A model generated the notes under the pieces. The model had not been told where the DNA came from and searched no databases. It saw nothing but the letters and a program-made list of their open reading frames with translations. From the NCBI GenBank assembly GCA_951406725.2, contig OX597817.1, positions 78,740,001 through 78,804,000 of the forward strand: a DNA stretch of 64,000 nt, in the 5' to 3' direction. Shown here piece by piece: positions 1-11,506 of this stretch (the first letter of the stretch is position 1; the number at the start of each line of letters is the position of its first letter). This DNA comes from Octopus vulgaris (lineage: Eukaryota). A program made the position numbers and the translations under genes.

Positions 1-40
1 TATACACATATATATGTGTGTGTGTATATATATATTTAAC

Positions 41-93
<53 letters not shown>

Positions 94-172
94 TGTATGT
101 ATAGGCATATATAGGTACATAATCATTATATACATATAAATGTGTATATATATATCTACATAAAATATAATA

Positions 173-223
<51 letters not shown>

Positions 224-590
224 ATGAAAACAAATGTTTTTGTGTATAAGTATGCATATATGTGTGCATAGATATATGTATATTTTTATGTGTTTATCCC
301 TGTATGCCTTGATATATGCACATGTAGGTATGTATGCAAAAAATTGGATCTACATCATAGTCTTAAAGAATGCACACCCATATATACTTATGCCAAAGAA
401 AAATAAACTGATTGTTCATTATTTATTCGTTTATTTAGAATAATTTATTTATTTGGATCATACCATTTCTGTTGTTATCTGTACCTGAGTTTGTAAGAAT
501 TTTTTTATTTCCAAATATCTTTTTAACACATACACATAAACATATATATATACATATATATATATGAGTGTGTGTGTATATATATATCTT

Positions 591-685
<95 letters not shown>

Positions 686-921
686 ATATATATATGTATA
701 CACACATACTCTGCTCTACTGCCCCTTAGGGGAATTAAATTGAGGAAATTAGTTTTAAACTTCTCATGAAAGGCTACTGGGCGAACATGACTGCTATAAA
801 CAGGAGAATTAAGAAAAATTACAGCACAAGGAAACACACATATATAAATTTAAAATATTGATGTTAATCTTCATAGATATATGTACACACATATATATGT
901 GTGTGTGAGTGACTATATATG

Positions 922-974
<53 letters not shown>

Positions 975-1052
975 GTATGTATATATATATTATATACTTA
1001 TATGCAAGAATACACATATTCTTTTATTCTATTATTCTTTTACTTGTTTCAG

Positions 1053-1109
<57 letters not shown>

Positions 1110-1110
1110 T

Positions 1111-1156
<46 letters not shown>

Positions 1157-1318
1157 TATGTATGAATATGTATATATATGTAAGTGTTGATAAGAACATC
1201 CAATGAAAGAGTGAGACAACCACACTATACTGCACATGTAAAACACTTATTTTGCATATTTGATGTTTATAGGCATGATGATGATGATATGCACACATAC
1301 ATATTTACATACATACAT

Positions 1319-1350
<32 letters not shown>

Positions 1351-1376
1351 CTTTCTATAAATACATACATATATAC

Positions 1377-1412
<36 letters not shown>

Positions 1413-2369
1413 GTATGAAGTGAGGTATATATGTATATACATACATGCACAGAACAAAGAATATTACGATATACCATAGTATGTTTTGATGGGGTATCAA
1501 ATGTGCATTTATCAATACAATTTGAATCAAATGTAGTCTATAAAAATCGCTATATATTTTGTATGTTTTATATGTCTATACACATATATATATGTGAGTA
1601 TGTACATTTGTGAATGTATGTGTAAATGTGGGTATATGGAGTGAATATATTTATTTATATCGTCATAGTTTTATATTGTATAATTTTATATATTTATATG
1701 TGCAGTTATTGGTAATGTGTGTTGTGGTGTTTGTGTGTGCATGTGTTGTACCACATACTAAATATACTTTATACATGATAGACCCCTGAGTGAAACTATT
1801 TGCCTGGGTGAAACTATTTAAGAGATATGTGTATGTGTGTGTAAAATGGTGACCAGGATCTGCCTGATATTTCTACTCTGCCAACCACGCCACCCAACAC
1901 CTTGAAACTTCAGTTTGTTCTCAAGCACCAGATCTGTCTCCCTCTCACTTATAGAATGAACAGAAGCTTGACTTCTTCCTACAAACTTACACTCCCTATG
2001 GTTTTAATTCCTACCCTCATTTTAGTTCCTACCCTCATAACCTGTACATACACTTTGGCATGTTCACACCCAACTGGAAATACTGCCTGTCCACACATAC
2101 AAATACCCTTGCATGTAAAGTGAAGGTTACTCAATTGTATCCATGAGCTTAATGTACATTGGAAAACCTCATCATGTACATTGCATTCACACTTTCACAC
2201 TTATATGCAAGAATACACATATTCTTTTATTCTATTATTCTTTTACTTGTTTCAGTCATTTGACTGCAGCCATGCTGGAGCACCACTTTAAGGGGTTTTT
2301 AGTTGAACAAATCGACCCCAGGGCTTGTTTTTTAAGCCTAGTACTTATTTTATCAGCCACTTTAAAAAT

Positions 2370-2404
<35 letters not shown>

Positions 2405-2454
2405 AATATACATATATATATATGTATATATATATGTATATATATGTATATACA

Positions 2455-2494
<40 letters not shown>

Positions 2495-2499
<5 letters not shown>

Positions 2500-3122
2500 T
2501 TGGTTTATTCATTCTAGTGCCATTATCAGTGTGTCTTTAGAATTATTTTTTCATGGTTTGGGTGTAACTGCCCTTTTTAGCATGTAAGAAGGTCTATCAG
2601 GGGTCTTCTCTCTGTGTATAAATGTTTATACACTCTTATATAAAAAAAATATGTTGTGCCTTATGACTTTTATTATGCATATGAACCACTGGTAATAAAT
2701 TATTTAAAATTTTTACCCCCTTAATTTACACAGTAAAATTTCCTAATTCTGAGGCCATATAGTACAGTTTAAATTTATTATTTGCTGCTAGGCTATGTAA
2801 CTTTGCTTGCACACTTGATTTGAATCCATAATGTATAAATGTGGAGCTTGCACGTGTTTTCAATATATACTAAAGCTACATAATTATGCATTCTTTAGCG
2901 ATCTCACTGATGAACTTCGAATGACAAATTAATTTATTTGTTCATTAATAAGGAAACTCGAGTATGGGATTAACTAATAATCTTTTGTTTTATTCATTCT
3001 AGTTCCATTATCGGCATGCCTTTAGGATTATCTTTTCATGGTGGATTTAACTGCCCTCTTTAGTTGTAAGAAGTCCTGTCAAGGGTCTTCTTTCAGTGTA
3101 TATATCTTTATACACTCTTATA
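2495..3122 (+). mobile_element. Partial tandem repeat (~485-bp period) carrying a hammerhead motif; Penelope pLTR or retrozyme-like
   Basis: ~2495-2640 is repeated, diverged, at ~2983-3122. A hammerhead motif lies between the copies, and (TA)n flanks both sides. Confidence 0.7.
2901..2970 (+). ncRNA. Type I hammerhead ribozyme motif, slightly degenerate
   Basis: ATCTCA-CTGATGA-ACTT...AAG-GAAAC-TCGA-GT-A-TGGGAT. Stem I is ATCTCA/TGGGAT, stem III is the palindrome ACTCGAGT, and the 10.1-11.1 pair is missing. Confidence 0.7.
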
Positions 3123-3130
3123 TACATACA

Positions 3131-3176
<46 letters not shown>

Positions 3177-3441
3177 AAAACTGTACTGGGAGAACAAGAA
3201 GAAACGAATCGAATCGAAGCGAAGGCGCTCAGTCATACAATAATGTAATAAATAAAATATATGCATACATACATACATATATGTACGTACCTACACCTAC
3301 ATGTATATATACATGCATATATAAATATATATACGTGAGTACAGGACACCACAAATAGACGCAGAACTCAACGAGAACAAAAACGTAAAAACAAGCATGG
3401 AACGAACCTTTTTTTACAAAGAAAAAACAGAGTACTAGACA

Positions 3442-3512
<71 letters not shown>

Positions 3513-3516
3513 CATG

Positions 3517-3670
3517 ACAGGCATCTTTTCATATCCATCTACCAAATCCACTCACAAGGCTTTCGTCAGCCTCAGGCTATAGTAGAAGACACTTGCCCAA
3601 GTTGCCTTGCAGTGGGACTGAACCCAGATGGTTGGGAGGCTAGCTTCTTACCATATAGCCATGCCTGCAC
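3517..3670 (-). mobile_element. tRNA-derived SINE family A, 5' half
   Basis: Matches the reverse complement of the head of the full copy at 41389-41804. Confidence 0.8.
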
Positions 3671-3930
3671 CACATACCATTTCTGCACACATATCATGCC
3701 TGCATACATGCCATTTTCACACACGCACATCTGACTATGCATTATGGCCTACACATCCATACACATTACAAGTCACTCACCTATACACTTTTTACACTTT
3801 TGTTAGCCCCAAAGTTTACACCCTTGTGCGTCCTTACTCTTCTTACTTTCTTTCTCCGCTCCCTCTCATCTGATCCCAACTCATCTCACAGATACACATC
3901 TTTCACCTACATACACTTACACCCCATATG

Positions 3931-4410
3931 CATACTCACCTAAATCCTCAAGTCTGTTCTGATCCTCTGGTACACATATACACACGCGAACACACACACA
4001 AACACACACATACATACACTCACACACATGCTCACCTCAATCCTCAAGCCAGCTCTGATCTTCTGGTACACATATGCACAAGCGCACGCACACATACACA
4101 CGCACACAAACATACTCACCTCAATCCTCAAGCTAGTTCTGATCTTCTGATGCACATATACACATACACATACAAACACACACACACACTCACCTCCATC
4201 CTCAAGCCAGTTCTGATCCGCTGATACACATATACACATGCACATGCACACACACACACTCACCTCAATTCTCAAGCCAGTTCTGATCTTCTGATGCACA
4301 TATACACATGTGCATGCATGCACACATACACACACACATAGACATACACACACACACTCACCTCCATCCTCAAGTCAGTTCTGATCTGCTGATACACATA
4401 CACACATGCG
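3931..4410. repeat. Compound minisatellite: six ~45-bp cores separated by variable (CA)n
   Basis: CTCACCTCAATCCTCAAGCCAGTTCTGATCTTCTG-like cores start near 3931, 4027, 4111, 4186, 4257 and 4355. Confidence 0.9.
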
Positions 4411-4523
4411 CACGCACACACACACATACAGGGTTCTTCTTTGATAGTATTTTCTTTGTCTTATTCCCTCTGTCCTCTACAGCTGACCACTTGCTTGCAC
4501 TATAAAATCACACAAACACACAC

Positions 4524-4554
<31 letters not shown>

Positions 4555-4925
4555 ACCCATGCTCACATGCATTTACACTTCATTTCTTCACCCAAATCCA
4601 TCCCCTTCTTCTTACCTATCCCTTAAAAATATCACTACCAATGTCTTTTATTCTACTGTACCTCGATAGACTTTGCCATAACCTCAGATCAGTCCAAAGT
4701 TTGTAAGTGAATTTGTGGCAGGTCTTCAGATGTTGTACCTCTTCTTGATGGGTAGACTTAACATGTGGCCCACTTAACCCTTTTAAAACCAGCATTCTTG
4801 AGATTATGCAACAAATATTTTATAATCTCTGCAATATAAAGAAAGCAGAAAATTGAGAAGTACTGATGAACAACAATTGACTTACATCAATTATTATTTA
4901 TTAATTCAATGCAAATAGGCTGCAT

Positions 4926-5052
4926 CCCATCTAACGGCTGTTTCTGCTTCAAATGTTGCATGGTATTACCATTGATATGCAAAAATATGAAAAAATATTA
5001 ATTATATTTGGTAATAAAACCGATCAGAAATGAGGAGCTTCCTCAGAGTGAA
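4926..5052 (-). ncRNA. Degenerate type I hammerhead motif with long stem II
   Basis: Minus strand reads CACT-CTGAGGA-AGCTCC...TATTACCA...TGGTAATA...GAAGCA-GAAAC-AGCC-GT-T-AGATGGG. Stems I and II are imperfect. Confidence 0.5.
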
Positions 5053-6669
5053 GAATAAATAAAGAAGAAGGGCATAGAGAAGAAAAAGGGAAAAGAAGAA
5101 TATGGTTATAATCATACCATTTTGCTTGTGTGTCTCTTTGAACCATTAAGTAAAAGACTAAAGCAAAATAGCAATTGATGGATTAATCCTTTGTGCAGGG
5201 GGGTGGATAGGATGGATAAATAGTGGGATGCAACAATAGGTTTTAGTTTAAGAAGCGGCGTAAATACAGTAAAGTTTTATATCAATGGTAATAATTTATA
5301 ATCGTTATGTTTGTAGTACTAATTAATAATATTAATCATAATAAAGTGCTAATTGGTTAAATACAATCTATCTACTTACTAGTGAGTGGTTAAACCCTTC
5401 CACCTGTTATCTGAAGTGAGATGGGCCAAGTCTCTATAATAATACAAACCTCCTGTTTCAAAATCATCTAAATAAAAGCAATCAAAATTTTTTAGCTCAA
5501 TAATGACAGTTATTTTATTAAATTCTTGATAATGTTCAAAAATATTTGAAACAGAAACGGTGTGTTTCAACAGAAATATTGTAACAATTTTTTACAATAT
5601 TTCTGTTGATCAAAATTTATGTTTATTTATGTTCCAACTATCAGTTTAATAATGGCTTTAAATCTTGGCACAAAATCAGCAATTTCAGTGGTAAAAATTA
5701 TGTTAAACCTTGTTGGAATTTTAAATCAGAATATGAAGACAGGTGATATGGTGCTAAGCATTTTGCCTGGCATGCAAATGATCCTGCCAGCTCGCAACCT
5801 TTAATATCAGTTTGATAAGAACAAAGTTGTTATACTAAATTCTTCATTATTCTTCAAATTAACAGAAGCAATGCAGCGTGTTTCAATAAAAATATGATAA
5901 AATGAAAGGGTTAAATATACCACTTGGCCCTTGTGGGTTGTTAACAGAAACCATTCTGTTTCAGGCATTCAGACCAGGCCTCCACTTAGAGGATATTTCA
6001 ACTTATTGGTACTCTGATTCCTACTGCAGCAACATCATGTCAAGGATTCTTTCTCCCTTTCCTTGAAGGCCTTACAAAAATATAAATGATATTGCTCTTC
6101 TTTCTATGGCATTTCTTTCTGCAACATTGACAGATGAACACCTACCCCAGCCTCTGTAACTCCCTTCACAAGTGCTTCAGGCCATGTCAATGAATTTATG
6201 ACAAAATTAAACAGCAAGCAAGAAACTTCCATGTGGTTACCTCCATGTGATCATTGACAAGAAATGGCAATTAAATCTTGCTCAGATCGCACCTTCATTC
6301 TTCATCATCATTTCATTATTGTTTCAATGCCCTCTTTTCCAGGCTTGCATGGGCTGGATGGAATTTATTGAGGCAAATTTCCTACAGACAGATACCTTTC
6401 CTGTCACCAACCCTCCCTTGCTTTGAAGCAAGGTAATGTACCTCCATGACAGCACTTCTTTCAATGGAAGCCTTAAAGTAAATGACACCACTTATATTAC
6501 AGGGACACTCGTTTACAATTATCCTGCAATGTCAAAAATAAAAAAAAAAACAGAAGTTCACATAGAAGAATAGAGGCCTGGATGTATAAAATGGACTGAT
6601 CATGGGTGAAACGCCTTTGATATTTTGTGTATTAATCAGCATCAGCATTACTATAGAAAAGCATCAATG

Positions 6670-7085
6670 CAGGCATGGCTGTGTGGTAAGAAACTTGCTT
6701 CCCAGCCACATGGTTCCGGGTTCAGTCCTACTGCATAGCACCTTGGGCAAGTGCTAACTACTATAGCCTCAGGCTGACCAAAGCCTTGTGAGTAGATTTG
6801 ATAGATGGAAACTGTTGTATAACAGGGTGGCCCAAAGGTAGGTTTATAGTTACTCAACTATCTATTTTGCATCCATATATTAACAGTTTAGATCTTAATT
6901 ATAAAGAAATAGGAAATCATAGTTCTATGCTAATTTGGTTAATTTTTGTCAAGCTCCCTTTTTAGTTTGTAAGACAGAAATTTAAATGTAGTAAAATGCT
7001 TTAAAAGGAATTTAAAGTGCCTATGTGATAACTGTAAACCTACTTTTGGGCCACCCAGTATATGTGTGTGTGTATGCGCACGCGC

Positions 7086-7138
<53 letters not shown>

Positions 7139-7345
7139 AGTGTGTCTTTGTTCCCCCACCATCACTTGACAACTGGTGTTGATGTGTTTATGTTCTTGTA
7201 ACTTAGCAGTTTGGCAAAAGGAACTGATGGAATACATTCTAGGCTTACAAAGAATAAGTACTGAGTCAATTTCTCTGACTAAAACCCGTTAAGTTGGTAC
7301 TCCAGCATGGCCACAGTTAAATGACTGAAACAAGTAAAAGAATAT
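6670..7345 (+). mobile_element. tRNA-derived SINE family A, near full length, interrupted by a MITE
   Basis: A-box-like TGGCTGTGTGG, B-box-like GGTTCAGTCC, CCTTGGGCAAGT body, (TG)n linker, and tail CCAGCATGGCCACAGTTAAATGACTGAAAC. Confidence 0.88.
6823..7058. mobile_element. 236-bp Tc1/mariner-type MITE, copy 1
   Basis: ~30-bp TIR CAGGGTGGCCCAAA(A/G)GTAGGTTTA..., TA on the right flank, and a second copy at 47646-47881. Confidence 0.9.
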
Positions 7346-8129
7346 ATGAATAGGAGAATATAGGCCTGGATGTTTAAGATGGACTAGTCATGGGTGAAAT
7401 ATCTTTGATCTTTGATGTATTCAATCAACATCAGCATGACTAAAGACAAAAGAAAAAAGAAAAAAACATTAACAACAGCTAAATATGCTTGGACATAGAT
7501 TAATTACAAAGTATGACTTGAGAGAAAGATCTGACAAAATGTTTTAAAATAAACGAATTTTTCTGCCTTGATTAGTAAAACTGTTTAGAGACATGATGTG
7601 TGAACACTTCCCAACTTGTCAACAATTCAAATGTTTATATTAATTTGCTGAGTATATTAGCTTGCTTTGAGGGAAAGAAAAGAACTAGAAAAAATAGTGA
7701 AGTAAATGACTTAACCATATGTCATTATTTCTTTTTCTTTTACCTCCCTTTGGTCATAGTGTATTTCAAGGGATTTATCATGTTGCCATGCAGAGCCTAC
7801 AGGAAGAAAAAAAAACTGTAACAAGGGGTGTGGCTTGTATGATAAGATACATAGGGAAAAGCAATGAAAGAACAGGCAATTAAATGTGTATTTATAAATG
7901 TGGTTACAACCAAATGATAAGTATACCAATGGCATTATGTTGTAAAGGTATTTTGGTGTAAAGATTACGTTGTGTGTGTGTGTGTGTATACATACACACA
8001 TATATAGATGTAATATAGACAGATGTATATACAGGCAAGTGTGTGTGTATATAACATGCACATATATACATCTATCTATATAATACATATATATATATAT
8101 GTATATATATATGTATGTGTGTATATATA

Positions 8130-8176
<47 letters not shown>

Positions 8177-8183
8177 GTGTGTG

Positions 8184-8255
<72 letters not shown>

Positions 8256-8564
8256 TACATACGTCATACATGTGCACTCACACTGACATAGGGATCAGAA
8301 CATGGATTTACCCATCAGAAGAATCATGGAGTGACTCACAACTAAATGTAGTAACAGACATTAGATACAAATCGTTGTGGTTAGCTATTAACCGGAACTT
8401 ACCTGAGAGCTAATATGGTATCCGCCCCCATAATATATCCCTCCAAACTTTTATGTGTATATATATATATATATATATTTTAAGGGTATATATATTTTAT
8501 TTGTTCATTCCCATCTGGGTTATAAAAGGTCTTTTTATATTTTTGTTGGTCGTAATTATCTATA

Positions 8565-8673
8565 CCAATATGTAATTCCTGATGAAGAATCTAACTTTTA
8601 TTCCAAGAAGAGATTTTCGTTTTTGTCTTTGGAATTAATTAGACTCTGAAACCATCTGTAGAATTCATATTGG
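8565..8673 (+). ncRNA. Type I hammerhead ribozyme motif with intact core boxes
   Basis: CCAATATG(T)AATTC-CTGATGA-AGAATCTAA...TTAGACTCT-GAAAC-CATCT-GT-A-GAATTCATATTGG. Stem I is 13 bp with one bulge; predicted cleavage after 8660. Confidence 0.8.
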
Positions 8674-8852
8674 ATCTCTACCAACCTGGATTATGAATTA
8701 AAGATCATCTACACCTACAATTTTTCCCTTTCCTTGTACTTCATTTATTGTTTTTTGCAAATACTGAATATATATTTTTTATATATATTCTTTGCTTGAA
8801 CTGTACTGGTGGACTTGGATGTTTGATATCCCTTTGAAGGATTTCGGGCCTC

Positions 8853-8885
<33 letters not shown>

Positions 8886-8954
8886 GGGAGAGAGAGAAAG
8901 CGAGAGAGAAAGCGAGAGAGAGAGATGTACATATATAATGTATATACAACATAA

Positions 8955-9110
8955 TTCTTCAAGTTTCTGTCTACCAAATCCACTAACAATGATTTGGTCA
9001 ACCTGGAGTTACAATAAAAGACTCTTGCTCAAGGTAACACACAATGGGACTAAAACTAGGACCATGTAATTGGGAAGCAAGCTTCTCACCACACAGCCAT
9101 GTCTGTGCCT
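8955..9110 (-). mobile_element. SINE family A, 5' half, diverged
   Basis: TCTACCAAATCCACT...ACCACACAGCCATG, homologous to the other copies. Confidence 0.75.
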
Positions 9111-9129
9111 ATATACCTACATCTATATC

Positions 9130-9242
<113 letters not shown>

Positions 9243-9258
9243 CCACACACACATACAC

Positions 9259-9333
<75 letters not shown>

Positions 9334-9930
9334 TATATAATTGAAAAACAAGTCCAAAATGTTAAAATGAAATTTTCAACAATATAGATGAAAAATTTCA
9401 CTACAAAAATTAAAAAAACAAAAGACAATTACATACATTTAAAGATAAAACAGAAGTCTACTATTCAGATGTCATTTTATGAAATTCTAGTTTATTGCTG
9501 CACATATCATATATTTAGTATTTTTCTGCATTGATAATTTTGATTATACAACTCTCTAATTATATCTATATTTAGAATGATTCCTGGTTAAGTTTAAAAA
9601 AGAAATAAATGGTGTAAAGAGAGGATGTTTGAATATGGGTTGTGAAAATGTAAAGTATAAGGAATTTCAGTGGAATTTTATATCAAAACTTTGCAGAATA
9701 TTCGGCATAGAAGTGAAATCAATAAATACATTTTTTAAAGTTAAAAAGGAATAGAGTATGTGCATACACCACCACCACACACACACATATATATATATAT
9801 ATAGAGAGAGATAGATATACACATAGATATACAAACATATACATATATATAAATATATACTGTGTGTATATATATATACACACACACACATATATATATG
9901 TACATGCATACACACACACACATACACACG

Positions 9931-9983
<53 letters not shown>

Positions 9984-10339
9984 GTATGCATGTACATCTG
10001 TCAGCCACAAATATTGGAATTGTAAAATCACTAGAGAACCATTAAAAGCACATAAGATCATGTTACCGTACAATAAATAAGAATAAAAGCTTATTAAATC
10101 ATATTAAAATACGTACAGTAAATGTTAAGATAGACACCATAAAGTGAAATAATGAAATCAGCAGTGTTTTCTTATTTATTGGTCTTTCATAGCTTATATT
10201 GAACTGTAATTCCAATATTTGCTATGAGGCATCATTGTCATTTATGATTCCCTCCATTGCTTTGAATTCAGATTTGTTTACATCTGTTTATCAACTACTT
10301 TCTCATTCTCATTCATTTGTAACTTTATTTTTTGCCACC

Positions 10340-11078
10340 ATGACTCCCAAGAAAATTCATAATGAAAGTGCTAAGTAACATGCTATAATGCTGGAAGGGG
10401 GGAAAAGTGGTAGCAGTTGCACGATCTTTTGGGATCAGGCAGACAACTGTATCAACGATTGTACATAATAAGGACAAGATTTTAGCACATATCAAGTCTG
10501 AAGCTCTAGGGATGAAGAACATTGTCATCAATAAGAAAAGAGGCAAAATCTTGGAAGAAATGGAAAGTCTTCTTTCTCTTTAGATTGTTAGGTTGAATCA
10601 CCAGCATGCTACTATTAGTTAAGAAATCATTCAAGAGAAAGCATTGTCTTTGAGGACCTGAAGACAAAATATCCAGATGAGAAAGATGTAGAGTTCAAGG
10701 CAAGTCAAGGATGGTTCATGAGATTTAAAGAGTAAAGAAGTTATCACTCCATTATGAAGCAAGGTGAAAGCGCATCAGCTGATGAAAAAGCAGCAGCAGA
10801 ATTTCCTAATGCCTTAAAGAAAATCATTGAAGAAAACGGCTTTCTTCCTGAACAGATTTTTAATGTAGATGAAACTGGATCATATTGGAAAAAAATTGCC
10901 GGACTGTTCATTCATTTCCAAGGAGGAGAAAGCTATTCCAGGTTGCAAGGTATCAAAAGAACATGTGACCATTATGTTGAGAGGTAATTGTGGAGGAGAT
11001 TTTAAGTTAAAGCCATTGCTTGTATATCATGCACACAACACCCGTACCCTGAAGAACATACCCAAGGCATCTCTCCCT
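10340..11078 (+). pseudogene. pogo/Tigger-family transposase pseudogene (CENP-B-type HTH plus start of DDE_1), 3'-truncated
   Basis: ATG at 10340; motifs EEMESLL, IIQEKA, FKASQGWFMRFK, GESASAD, QIFNVDETG and GDFKLKPLLVYH. It has stops and frameshifts and is cut by a SINE at ~11078. Confidence 0.92.
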
Positions 11079-11290
11079 GTGTGTTTGAGTGTGTCTTTGT
11101 TTGTCACCCTACCATCACTTGACAACCGATGTTGGTGTGTTTATGTCCCCATAACTTAGCAGTTTGGCAAAAGAGACTAAAAGAATAAGTACTAGGTTTA
11201 CAAAGAATAAGTTCTGAGGTCGCTTTGTTCAACTAAAAAGCCATTTAGGTGGTGCTCCACTATGGCCACAGTCAAATAATAGATGAACAA
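11078..11290 (+). mobile_element. SINE family A, 3' half
   Basis: CTTGACAACCGATGTTGGTGTG...CTCCACTATGGCCACAGTCAAAT. Confidence 0.8.
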
Positions 11291-11353
11291 ATAATATATA
11301 TTTATATTTACATCAATCTACCAAATTTTAACTCTGTATTCATGTATATGTTC

Positions 11354-11394
<41 letters not shown>

Positions 11395-11506
11395 TATATA
11401 TACATATATATATATACATATATATATACATATATATATATACATATATACACACACACATATATATACATATATATATACACACACACACACATATATA
11501 TATATA

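Noticed and set aside
3931-4410. CRISPR-like repeat-spacer appearance
   Set aside because: Spacers are (CA)n of variable length, repeats are diverged, there are no cas genes, and the context is eukaryotic.
10340-11078. Domesticated TIGD/CENP-B-like host gene
   Set aside because: Multiple stops, frameshifts and 3' truncation.
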